From: Nitrosomonadales bacterium
Lineage (GTDB): Bacteria > Pseudomonadota > Gammaproteobacteria > Burkholderiales > Methylophilaceae
Assembly: GCA_024642775.1 (NCBI GenBank)
Contig: JAHEAL010000007.1
Coordinates: forward strand, 3,761-67,760
Direction of reading: 5' to 3'
Length of the DNA stretch: 64,000 nt
Shown here: piece by piece, positions 21,054 to 29,746 of the stretch
How the letters are laid out: each line of letters begins with the position of its first letter
Numbering within the stretch: the first letter of the stretch is position 1
Notes under the pieces: model-generated
What the model was told of the DNA's origin: nothing
The model's input: only the letters and a program-made list of their open reading frames with translations
Database searches by the model: none
Program-made: the position numbers and the translations under genes

Positions 21054-22158
21054 ATGGAAGCTGAACAACTTAATCAATTAAAACAATGCCTTAGTGATGT
21101 TAATGATCGTTTTGTAGCCCTAAGGGGGTATCTTTGACTTAGATGCTAAAAAAACTCAATTGGATCAACTAATCAAACAACAAGAAGATCCAAAAATTTG
21201 GGAAGACCATGCATTAAGTCAAAAAATTGGCAAAGAAAAAAGAATACTAGAAGAAACAATTTCTGAATTTGAAAAACTCGCTAATTCGATTGAGTCCAAT
21301 CAAGAGCTTTTTGAGCTAGCTCAAGGTGAGTCCGATTGTGATACCTTGGGTGACATTTTTAGTGACACTGAAAACATTCAAAAAAATCTCGACCGGATGG
21401 AATTTAAGCGCATGTTCTCTAACCCTCTTGATCCAAACAATTGTTTTATTGATTTTCAATCCGGCAGCGGTGGAACTGAGGCACAGGATTGGGCCAACAT
21501 GTTACTCAGGATGTATCTTCGTTATAGTGAAGAAAAAGGGTTTAAAACTGAGGTGATGGAGATCACGGAGGGTGAGGTCGCTGGAATAAAAGGGGCAACA
21601 GTCAAAATTACCGGTGATTATGCATACGGATACTTCAGGACTGAAACAGGCATTCATCGTTTGGTAAGAAAATCACCATTTGATTCGGGTAGCCGGAGGC
21701 ATACATCATTTGCTGGCGTTAATGTATACCCGGAGATCGACGAGTCTGTCGATATTGAAATTAACCCCGCCGATTTAAGAATCGATACCTATCGCGCATC
21801 CGGGGCCGGTGGACAGCATATCAATAAAACCGATTCTGCTGTTAGAATTACGCATGAGCCGACGGGGGTCGTTGTTCAGTGTCAAAATGATCGGTCACAG
21901 CATCGCAATAAAGCACAGGCCATGGACATGCTGAAATCTCAACTGTATAGAATTGAGATGGAAAAAAGAAACGAAGAAAAGCAAGCGTTGGAGGATGCCA
22001 AGTCGGATATTGGATGGGGTCATCAAATTCGCAGCTACGTTCTTGACCAGTCAAGAATTAAAGATTTAAGGACCGGTGTTGAGGTTGGAAATACTCAAGG
22101 AGTATTGGATGGTAACCTGGACCCATTTATTATAGAAAGTTTAAAACAAGGGGTATAA
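21054..22158 (+). CDS. prfB: Peptide chain release factor 2, requires programmed +1 frameshift (join 21054..21134, 21136..22158)
   Basis: Frame 0 gives [27 protein letters not shown] and then TGA at 21135. The +1 frame continues [15 protein letters not shown]... into the 332-aa ORF carrying the SPF and GGQ motifs. Confidence 0.95.
21123..21138 (+). promoter_or_regulatory. RF2 autoregulatory +1 frameshift signal
   Basis: AGG GGG TAT CTT TGA C is identical to the E. coli prfB recoding site: an internal SD-like AGGGGG, 3-nt spacer, and CUU UGA C slippery/stop context. Confidence 0.93.
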
Positions 22159-22159
22159 G

Positions 22160-23671
22160 TTGGAAGAAAAAGACAATCAGCAACTCGATGAAAATTCAAT
22201 CATTCAAGAGCGACGAAATAAGCTAGCTGAACTTAAGAAGCTTGGCCCCGCATTCCCAAACCACTTTAAACCAGAAGACTTGGCGAGCGAGCTGCAGTCG
22301 AGTTACGCCAACTTTGATAAGCCGACCATGGAAGAAAAGTCAGTGCAGGTTGTTGTTGCTGGCCGCATGATGTTAAAAAGAGTAATGGGCAAGGCAAGTT
22401 TTGCAACTATACAAGACGTCTCTGGAAGGATACAGCTTTATGTTGCAAGAGACCTGGTGAATACGGAAGACAATCCAGAATTATATGCGTCTTTTAAAAA
22501 GTGGGATATGGGCGACATCCTTGGTGCCAAAGGAAAACTATTTAAAACCAATACCGGGGAGTTAACGGTTGAAGTTACGGAAATTGTTTTATTAACCAAG
22601 TCATTAAGACCCATGCCGGAAAAATTTCATGGGCTTCAGGACCAGGAAATGAAATACCGTCAGCGTTATGTTGACCTGATGGTCAATCAGGAAACTAAAG
22701 AAACCTTTTTAACCCGATCCAAAGCGATTCAGTCGATTCGAGAATTCATGAATCAACACAAATTCTTAGAGGTTGAGACCCCGATGCTGCATCCTATTCC
22801 AGGTGGCGCAAGTGCAAAACCATTTGTGACCCATCACAATGCGCTGGATATGCAAATGTTCATGAGAATCGCTCCCGAGTTATACCTTAAGAGGTTAGTG
22901 GTAGGAGGTTTTGATCGGGTATTTGAGATAAACCGAAATTTCAGAAATGAGGGCCTAAGCGTTCGCCATAATCCTGAATTCACCATGATGGAGTTTTATG
23001 CGGCTTATACCGATTACGAGTGGTTAATGAACTTCACGGAAGAATGCATCCGTGCCTCTATTAAAGCTTGTGGGTTAGAGCTCAAATTGATCTACCAAGA
23101 AAAAGAGATTGATTTTGAAAGTGCTTTTGATCGTCTAACACTAGTGGAGGCGATTGAAAAATATGCACCAAAATATAAACGCGAACAACTGCTTGATATT
23201 GATTTCTTGTCCAATGAGGTCCAGCGACTGGGAGAAGAAGTACCGCAAAAACCGTCACTTGGGTCATTGCAGTTGGTATTATTTGAAGCGGTAGCGGAAG
23301 AACACTTGTGGAATCCGACTTATATAATAGATTACCCGACGGAAGTATCGCCGCTCGCCAGAGGTTCAGATAGTGATCCATCGATTACTGAGAGATTTGA
23401 GCTATTTATTGCGGGTCGAGAAATTGCGAACGGCTTTTCAGAGCTAAATGATCCGGAAGAGCAGGCTACTCGTTTTAAAAAACAAGTCGAATTAAAAGAT
23501 TCTGGTGACGACGAGGCGATGTTTTACGATGCTGATTTTATTCGTGCACTGGAGTATGGATTGCCACCAACAGGAGGGTGCGGTATCGGTATCGATCGCT
23601 TGATTATGCTGATCACCAATAAGCCCAGCATTCGGGATGTCATTCTCTTCCCGCACATGAGGCCGGAGTAA
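22160..23671 (+). CDS. lysS: Lysine--tRNA ligase (class II)
   Basis: 503 aa. OB-fold N-domain and class II motifs (FRNEG, GIGIDRL). TTG start 6 nt after AGGGG and 1 nt after the prfB stop. prfB-lysS operon conserved. Confidence 0.94.
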   Translation: MEEKDNQQLDENSIIQERRNKLAELKKLGPAFPNHFKPEDLASELQSSYANFDKPTMEEKSVQVVVAGRMMLKRVMGKASFATIQDVSGRIQLYVARDLVNTEDNPELYASFKKWDMGDILGAKGKLFKTNTGELTVEVTEIVLLTKSLRPMPEKFHGLQDQEMKYRQRYVDLMVNQETKETFLTRSKAIQSIREFMNQHKFLEVETPMLHPIPGGASAKPFVTHHNALDMQMFMRIAPELYLKRLVVGGFDRVFEINRNFRNEGLSVRHNPEFTMMEFYAAYTDYEWLMNFTEECIRASIKACGLELKLIYQEKEIDFESAFDRLTLVEAIEKYAPKYKREQLLDIDFLSNEVQRLGEEVPQKPSLGSLQLVLFEAVAEEHLWNPTYIIDYPTEVSPLARGSDSDPSITERFELFIAGREIANGFSELNDPEEQATRFKKQVELKDSGDDEAMFYDADFIRALEYGLPPTGGCGIGIDRLIMLITNKPSIRDVILFPHMRPE

Positions 23672-23706
23672 TTCAATTAAGTTAACTAATAATAATTAGT
23701 TAAAAT

Positions 23707-23724
23707 TTGTCATATTAGTGTCAC
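23707..23724 (+). promoter_or_regulatory. Pho box upstream of porin gene
   Basis: TTGTCAT-ATTA-GTGTCAC, with CATAAT (23735..23740) 10 nt downstream as a -10. The spacing is that of a PhoB-dependent promoter in which the box replaces the -35. Confidence 0.7.
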
Positions 23725-23770
23725 ATTTAATCTCCATAATTCTTTAATAAGATTTATAGGAGATTAAATT

Positions 23771-25138
23771 ATGCAACTAAAAAAACTAACTACAGCAATA
23801 GCGTTAAGCGGAATTATTTCGCTTCCTGTTGTTTCTTTTGCCGACTCTACTGAAGATTTAGTAAATGCCCTAGTCACAAAAGGGGTGCTTACAGAAGAAG
23901 AGGGTGCGTTATTATCAAAAAATAATACCAAAGAAAAAAAATCTCAGGCTAAGGTTACTGTTGATAAAAAAGGTATTACTGTGAAGAGTGCTGATGATAA
24001 CTTCAAAATGCAAATCGGCGGCCGTATGCATGCAACACTAACGCACCATTCTGATGAGGGTTTATTAAGTGCTGATGATCCAATTAACGGCACAGAAATC
24101 AGACGAGCTCGAATTTATGCAAAAGGTAAATTCTACAAAAATTTCAGCTATATGGCTGAGGTTGACTTTGGTGGAGACGCTACAGCTGTTAAGGATTTCT
24201 TTGCTGTTTACCAACCAAACAAAAGCTGGGATTTTACAGTGGGCCATCAAAAACACGCGTTCAGTATGGAGGTTCAAGAGAGTTCGAACGACATCATGTT
24301 TGCTGAGCGTTCATTAGTTTATGGAATGTCCGTACCGTTCTTTGATCGTGCGATTGGTGTAAACTTAAAAACAATGGGTAAGAATTGGAATGTACAAGCC
24401 GGTATCTATGGCGATGCAATGAAAGAACACACAGATGACGGCGGAAAAGAAAAGAGTGAGGGCAAGGGTTTTGGTATTCGTGGAACATGGAACCCGATCC
24501 TAGAAAAAGACCGCATGATCCATTTGGGTGCTAACTACGGTTACCGTAAAGTTAGTGATGATGGAAAAGTTAGTAATAATAAATCACCAGCTTTTGCTTA
24601 TGAAACAACAAACATGTCGAGCTTAAAACTAATTAACTCTGGAACTATTTCTGGTTTTAACGACGTGCAGATGGGTATTTTAGAATTTTCTGCTATGAAC
24701 GGACCGTTGTCATTCCAGTCAGAATTCGCAGCAGCTACAGTAAATCGCGATGATGGCCTACCTGATTATGATGTAAATTCTTATTACGTTCAGGCTGCTT
24801 GGACACTAACTGGTGAAACCAGAACCTATAAGGCAACGGATGGTGAGTTCAAACGCCTAAAACCCTCAAAAAACTTTGATCCGGACAAGGGAACATGGGG
24901 TGCATGGGAGCTGGCCTTGCGTCATGATGGCATTGATCTAAATGATGCTGATATCCAAGATGCTGGTGACGGTAAGCGCTTAACATTAAACCTAAACTGG
25001 TATCTTAATGAAAACATGAGAGTGCTTGCAGGATACGAAAGAACATATGATTTAGATAATGCTCGTGTTACTAAGGCTGACGGCAGTGATGCGGATGATA
25101 TTGATGTGTTTCAAATTCGCGCACAATGGGCTATCTAG
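23771..25138 (+). CDS. Phosphate-selective porin O/P family (OprO/OprP-like)
   Basis: 455 aa. Signal peptide ending SFA, N-terminal LVNALVTKGVLTEEEGALL segment, beta-barrel-like alternation, C-terminal aromatic-rich strand FQIRAQWAI. Preceded by a Pho box. Confidence 0.8.
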   Translation: MQLKKLTTAIALSGIISLPVVSFADSTEDLVNALVTKGVLTEEEGALLSKNNTKEKKSQAKVTVDKKGITVKSADDNFKMQIGGRMHATLTHHSDEGLLSADDPINGTEIRRARIYAKGKFYKNFSYMAEVDFGGDATAVKDFFAVYQPNKSWDFTVGHQKHAFSMEVQESSNDIMFAERSLVYGMSVPFFDRAIGVNLKTMGKNWNVQAGIYGDAMKEHTDDGGKEKSEGKGFGIRGTWNPILEKDRMIHLGANYGYRKVSDDGKVSNNKSPAFAYETTNMSSLKLINSGTISGFNDVQMGILEFSAMNGPLSFQSEFAAATVNRDDGLPDYDVNSYYVQAAWTLTGETRTYKATDGEFKRLKPSKNFDPDKGTWGAWELALRHDGIDLNDADIQDAGDGKRLTLNLNWYLNENMRVLAGYERTYDLDNARVTKADGSDADDIDVFQIRAQWAI

Positions 25139-25170
25139 TTCTAGCTAATTAAAATTTCCTATGATTTTAG

Positions 25171-25198
25171 AAACCTGGCCTAGGCCAGGTTTTTTTTT
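25171..25198 (+). terminator. Intrinsic terminator after porin gene, overlapping the 3' end of the convergent kinase gene
   Basis: AAACCTGGCC-TA-GGCCAGGTTT followed by a T9 run. The last codons and the stop of the minus-strand kinase (VPKKNLA*) lie inside the hairpin and T-tract. Confidence 0.8.
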
Positions 25199-26514
25199 GG
25201 GACTTTGATTTTAATTCTGAATGTATTTTTTTGGCTTTTAATTTCAACGATTCCGTTATACTTTTTGACCCGCTGTTGAATCCCTAACAAACCAATTCCA
25301 TTATTTGTATTCGATTTAAATTTATTAAGCATTCCATCATTTTCGACTAAAAAGAGAAAGTAATTTCGATCCGCAAAGATATGAATCTTCACTAAGGAGG
25401 GCGATGCATGTTTTTTGATATTGGTTAAGGTTTCTTGGGTGATCCGGTAAAAATCGGTATGCAATTTTTTTGGGATTATTGAGCACTTAAGATTGAGGTC
25501 AGTTTTTTTTAATTTTAACTGGGTGAATGATTGTTTGATTAAGTCCTCTAAAGCTTCTTGAAATCCTAATTCATCAATCATGGATAAATTCATTTTTTTG
25601 ATGATTTCTCTGATCGATTCGTTAATGCTCTGTGAGATTTGAATAACCTGATCAAATACTTTATTTTTCTGGGCGCTGGTTTTTGAAAGTTGCCCCGCTC
25701 TTGACTGGACTTGAATGGAGGCAAGGTCTTGTGCAAGATGATCATGAAGATCATGAGAGATCATAATTTTCTCACGCTCCTGCACATCTAGTATTTCCTG
25801 ATTGAGCTTGCTGATCGCCTGGTCATTTAATTTTAGTTTTTTCATAACCTTGTTGAGATGAAAGCGAATGGTTTCAAGTTCACTGATTGGTATTTTCTTT
25901 AGTGCTACATTAAATCGACCTTGGCTCATTGCCGTAAGTGCGTTGATGATATTATTGATGGGAACTAAGGTTTGGGTAAAGATAATAAGAATGGATAGAT
26001 TTAAGAACATGGTGGTAAAAATAAAAACCTCGAGAAAACCGAGAAACTCAACCCACTTCGTTTGGTGATCGTAATCTAGATTACTCTTAATGACGAAAGC
26101 CCCAATGGGGATGTTTCGATCTTGATTATGAATGTTAACAATACGGATAAAATTTTCTTCATGATCGTCGTAATCAAATAGGCGTTTAAACCAGAGAGGG
26201 GGTTGAATTTTAGTATTCAATTTATCACTGGTTTCACTGATTAACTTTCCCTCTGCGTCCAGGAGTTCAATCTTAAGATGGTGCAATTTTTTTAAATTAT
26301 TAAGATCCTGTACAAATTTACTTTGGGTAAGATTATCTGAGTTTGGGCGATTGCTCAGCCTTGAACCTATTGCAAACTCAGCGAGGTCGATCGAAGAATT
26401 TATATCTTCCCGAATATTATCTCTGGCCTTAAAGTAGCCCAAAAAAATAATGAATAAGACTCCAATCAGGATAATGATATTTAAATTGATTATTAATTTT
26501 CTTTTTAGACTCAT
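25180..26514 (-). CDS. Sensor histidine kinase, HisKA_3 (NarX/DegS-like) family
   Basis: 444 aa. TM1 at residues ~8-28, a ~125-aa extracytoplasmic domain, TM2, a HAMP-like linker, H-box EREKIMISHDLHDHLAQDL, and a C-terminal HATPase G-box GIGLLGIQQRV. Confidence 0.85.
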   Translation of the reverse strand: MSLKRKLIINLNIIILIGVLFIIFLGYFKARDNIREDINSSIDLAEFAIGSRLSNRPNSDNLTQSKFVQDLNNLKKLHHLKIELLDAEGKLISETSDKLNTKIQPPLWFKRLFDYDDHEENFIRIVNIHNQDRNIPIGAFVIKSNLDYDHQTKWVEFLGFLEVFIFTTMFLNLSILIIFTQTLVPINNIINALTAMSQGRFNVALKKIPISELETIRFHLNKVMKKLKLNDQAISKLNQEILDVQEREKIMISHDLHDHLAQDLASIQVQSRAGQLSKTSAQKNKVFDQVIQISQSINESIREIIKKMNLSMIDELGFQEALEDLIKQSFTQLKLKKTDLNLKCSIIPKKLHTDFYRITQETLTNIKKHASPSLVKIHIFADRNYFLFLVENDGMLNKFKSNTNNGIGLLGIQQRVKKYNGIVEIKSQKNTFRIKIKVPKKNLA

Positions 26515-26516
26515 TT

Positions 26517-27146
26517 TTAGATAATCAGATTATTTTTTATGGTAATTGAAAATAATTCAAAATCCGACTCAATATCAAGCTTTGATTTGATTATGGATAT
26601 ATTATTCGCAATGGTCTTCTTGGAAATATGAAGAGTTTCAGCCACTTTATCCATTTTATTGCCAGAGGCCACCAACTTTAATATTTCAAGCTCCCGGGTT
26701 GTTAATTGAGTTAATTTTTTATCAAAATCTTTTTTATTTTTAACACTTAATTTTAACTTAGGGCTGATGAATATTTGCTTATTAAGAACATGTTCGATGC
26801 CATTAAATAAATCTTGAGTAAGTGCATTCTTTGAAATAAAACCCAACGATCCAAGTTTGAACGCTTGGTCAATAAGAACTGGATTGTCATGCATGGTCAT
26901 GATGATGATCTTTTGTTTGGGATTTCTTTTTAAAATTCGCCTGGATGCTTCCAGTCCACCATATCCATCCATGGTAATATCCATCAATATGATGTCTATA
27001 TTTTCTGGATGCTGAGACACGAATCGATAAGCATCCTCACCGCTAGAGCAAGAATTTAATACCGTGTAATTCGGCCTAGTCTCCAATAGGGTTTTAATGC
27101 CATCACGAATGATGTCGTGATCATCAACAATTAAAAAATTCGTCAT
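26517..27146 (-). CDS. Response regulator, NarL/FixJ family (REC + LuxR-type HTH)
   Basis: 209 aa. Acidic pocket IVDDH, phospho-acceptor in ILMDITM, C-terminal LTTRELEILKLVASGNKMDKVAETLHISKKTIANN. Confidence 0.88.
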   Translation of the reverse strand: MTNFLIVDDHDIIRDGIKTLLETRPNYTVLNSCSSGEDAYRFVSQHPENIDIILMDITMDGYGGLEASRRILKRNPKQKIIIMTMHDNPVLIDQAFKLGSLGFISKNALTQDLFNGIEHVLNKQIFISPKLKLSVKNKKDFDKKLTQLTTRELEILKLVASGNKMDKVAETLHISKKTIANNISIIKSKLDIESDFELFSITIKNNLII

Positions 27147-27197
27147 AAGGTTAATTCTAATGATGATTTATGAAAAAAGTATATTAATTATTTTTTC

Positions 27198-27210
27198 GGG
27201 ATGATATCCC
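27198..27210. promoter_or_regulatory. Palindrome GGGAT-GAT-ATCCC in the divergent regulator / small-protein promoter region
   Basis: Perfect 5+5 inverted repeat. It ends just upstream of a putative -35, with CATAAT (27234..27239) as the -10 for the + strand gene. A role as an operator is inference. Confidence 0.35.
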
Positions 27211-27272
27211 ATTACCTTTTACTTATTTTTTTCCATAATACTCAAACAACATAATTTTAAGAGGAGATTATT

Positions 27273-27626
27273 ATGAAAAAGTTTATTCTAACCGCAACTA
27301 TCTTACTGGCTGGAGCAGCAAATGCCGAGTCATTTAAATGCAATCAGGTGCTTGGTCAAAGCTTTTGTGAAGATGCTGACCAAAAGTTGGCTTACAAGTT
27401 TAGTATCAATGAAGAGCAAAAAAATGTGGCACTTCTAAAATACGATGACCAAAATGAATTGGTAGATAAAGTAAATTTAAAAAACTGCAATCTAATCAAT
27501 AATAATAATTGGTCCTGCGAGTATCACGTTAAAGGACGCAAACTTCATAAGTCTAATTTTTATGCCAATAAAAAAATTGTCATTGAAATGTCAGAGGGTA
27601 CCCGCTTAGCTTCTTACATGAAGTAA
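27273..27626 (+). CDS. Small secreted 4-cysteine protein, unknown function
   Basis: 117 aa. Strong SD AAGAGGAG, Sec signal MKKFILTATILLAGAANA, mature part with two Cys pairs (C-x8-C, C-x9-C). I recognise no family. Confidence 0.7.
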   Translation: MKKFILTATILLAGAANAESFKCNQVLGQSFCEDADQKLAYKFSINEEQKNVALLKYDDQNELVDKVNLKNCNLINNNNWSCEYHVKGRKLHKSNFYANKKIVIEMSEGTRLASYMK

Positions 27627-27642
27627 TGCAGTTGAAAAGTTG

Positions 27643-27687
27643 AGCACTTAGTTTGGCTGAGGCCAACCTAAGTGCTTCTTTTTTTTT
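27643..27687 (+). terminator. Bidirectional intrinsic terminator between small secreted protein gene and tadA
   Basis: AGCACTTAGTTTGGC-TGAG-GCCAACCTAAGTGCT (15-bp stem, one mismatch) followed by TCTTTTTTTTT. The tadA stop codon lies within the right arm. Confidence 0.8.
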
Positions 27688-28132
27688 GAAAAAAGTTAGT
27701 TAACATTTCACCGCATTCTTCACTGAGGACGCCTCCGGAAAATAGCGTTTGATGATTGATTAGCCTATTGTTGACTAAATTATTTTTTTCGTCACAGCTG
27801 TTAAATTTTTGTTCACTCGCTCCAAAAAAAACATGCTCAATTCTTGCATGAAAAATTGCTCCTAAACACATAACGCACGGCTCAAGTGTTACATAGAGAT
27901 GGGCATGGGGAAGGCGATAATTATTTAGATATTGCCCAGCCGCTCTGATGGCAACTATTTCAGCATGGCATGTGGGGTCATTTTGTTTGATGACTGAATT
28001 AAAACCACGGCCAATAATCTCGTTATTTAACGTCACAACGGCACCGATGGGGACCTCATCAATTTCATGAGCTTTATTTGCTTCTTTTAATGCCTCCCGC
28101 ATGAAATTTTGTTGATCTGTTGTAATATGCAT
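27668..28132 (-). CDS. tadA: tRNA adenosine(34) deaminase TadA
   Basis: CDA-fold zinc motifs CHAE and PCVMCLGA. The ATG at 28132 is preferred to the TTG at 28138. Confidence 0.9.
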   Translation of the reverse strand: MHITTDQQNFMREALKEANKAHEIDEVPIGAVVTLNNEIIGRGFNSVIKQNDPTCHAEIVAIRAAGQYLNNYRLPHAHLYVTLEPCVMCLGAIFHARIEHVFFGASEQKFNSCDEKNNLVNNRLINHQTLFSGGVLSEECGEMLTNFFQKKRST

Positions 28133-28195
28133 AATCAATTGAATTTATTAAAATTATTTCAATCATAACAATGTCTTTTAATTTCAGGTTAATTT

Positions 28196-28765
28196 ATGTT
28201 TAAAAATTATTTATGGTTAGTTATATTCGTCTGTAATATGGCTTTTGCTCAGTCAGGAACTTATGAAATTGATCCGGAGCACAGTTTCGCTAATTGGAAA
28301 ATACGTCATGTGGTATCCAAAACCTCTGGAACCATTCCAAACATGAGTGGCAAGATGGAGATAAATATTGAGGACATGCGCAGGTCAACGATTAATGTAA
28401 CGATGAGTTTGCTGGATATCGATAGTGACCATAAAAAAAGAGATAGCCACATTCAAGAAGAAAAATTTTTAAATACTGAAAAATTTTCCAGCATTCAATT
28501 TATTAGTTCTGGGATTCAAATGAAAGATGAGCGATCAGGAATTGTTTCAGGAGTTTTAACAATGGGGGGTAAAGAAAAGCAAATGGATATTCCATTTACC
28601 ATTTTGGGTTTCGGTGATGATCCATGGGGAGGCTATCGGATTGGCTTGGAGGGAAATGTAGCTATCAAGGCATCCGACTTTGGATACTCATGGGGTTTAA
28701 AAGAAAATGGCCCATTAGGTGATAAAATTGAAATTAATTTACTGGTTGAGGGTAAGAAAAAATAA
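28196..28765 (+). CDS. YceI-family periplasmic polyisoprenoid-binding protein
   Basis: 189 aa. Signal peptide, then YEIDPEHSFANWKIRH and HKKRDSHIQEEKFLNTEKF motifs typical of YceI. Confidence 0.85.
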   Translation: MFKNYLWLVIFVCNMAFAQSGTYEIDPEHSFANWKIRHVVSKTSGTIPNMSGKMEINIEDMRRSTINVTMSLLDIDSDHKKRDSHIQEEKFLNTEKFSSIQFISSGIQMKDERSGIVSGVLTMGGKEKQMDIPFTILGFGDDPWGGYRIGLEGNVAIKASDFGYSWGLKENGPLGDKIEINLLVEGKKK

Positions 28766-29352
28766 TGGAAAAAAAAGCACTAACACAAGTAACTATTAAT
28801 GAGGTCATTGCATCGAGATGGAGCCCTCGCGCCTTTGATCCCCAATATATTTTAGAAGACAAACAAATAACTTCTTTGATGGAGGCTGCTAGATGGGCTC
28901 CTTCATGCCGGGGTGAGCAGCCTTGGAAGTTTGTTTTATTCAATAAGAGTGATGCAACAGCATTTTCGCAAGCTTTAAACTGCCTCTCCGTTTCTAATCA
29001 AGACTGGGCAATGGACGCATCATTATTAATATTAAGCTGTGCTAACCCGCATTATCGACATAACGGTCAAGAAAATGGTTATGCTCATTATGATACGGGC
29101 GCGGCATCGGAAAATATTTGCTTACAAGCAACCTCATTAAATTTAGCGGCTCATCAAATGGGAGGCTTTAGTAAAGACAAAGCGCGTGAAGTAGCCCACG
29201 TTCCAGATAATTATGATATTCTCTCGTTTATTGCAATTGGTAAACCACTTGAAATGGATCAGTTAAGAGAAGATCAGAAGGAAAGGGAATTGAATGAACG
29301 CTCCCGTTTACCGCTTGAACAAATTTTTAGTTTTAATCAATTTAAAGAATAA
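28765..29352 (+). CDS. Nitroreductase-family flavoprotein
   Basis: 195 aa. RWSPRAF and AARWAPS motifs of the NADH/nitroreductase fold. TAATG overlap with yceI. Confidence 0.8.
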   Translation: MEKKALTQVTINEVIASRWSPRAFDPQYILEDKQITSLMEAARWAPSCRGEQPWKFVLFNKSDATAFSQALNCLSVSNQDWAMDASLLILSCANPHYRHNGQENGYAHYDTGAASENICLQATSLNLAAHQMGGFSKDKAREVAHVPDNYDILSFIAIGKPLEMDQLREDQKERELNERSRLPLEQIFSFNQFKE

Positions 29353-29365
29353 TTAGCAAGGAATA

Positions 29366-29746
29366 ATGATGGCAAAAGTACTTGAATTAACAAAAGAAAA
29401 TTTTAAAGAGACCATTGAAAAGAACGATTTTGTCGTCGTTGACTTTTGGGCTCCGTGGTGTGAACCTTGTAAAGATTTCACACCCGTCTTTGAGAAGGCA
29501 GCATCAGATAATAAAGACATAGTTTTCGGCATGGTTGATGTTGAAAAATACCCAGAGATTGGTGAATATTTTGAAGTTGAAAAAATTCCTGGCCTATTGG
29601 TTATTAGGGAAAAAGCAGCGATTCATGCTCAAGTTGGTGAAATTGGTGGACCAGCTTTTGATGAAATTTTGAAGTGGGCTAGAGAGTATGACATGACGGC
29701 TGCTCGGGATTACATGGACAAACAAGAGCGCGGTGAATTTAATTAA
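29366..29746 (+). CDS. Thioredoxin-fold protein with CEPC active site
   Basis: 126 aa. VVVDFWAPWCEPCKDF and the cis-Pro region KIPGLLV. Non-canonical C-E-P-C instead of C-G-P-C. Confidence 0.8.
   Translation: MMAKVLELTKENFKETIEKNDFVVVDFWAPWCEPCKDFTPVFEKAASDNKDIVFGMVDVEKYPEIGEYFEVEKIPGLLVIREKAAIHAQVGEIGGPAFDEILKWAREYDMTAARDYMDKQERGEFN

Noticed and set aside
20925-21077. 5' extension of pstS in the ORF track (379 aa). Similar extensions affect pstB (17951..18013), thrS (58834..58890), fur, yhbY, tadA and pstC.
   Set aside because: The extensions begin at TTG codons and run through promoters, a neighbouring gene or a tRNA. They precede a clear signal peptide or a conserved N-terminus that begins at a downstream ATG.
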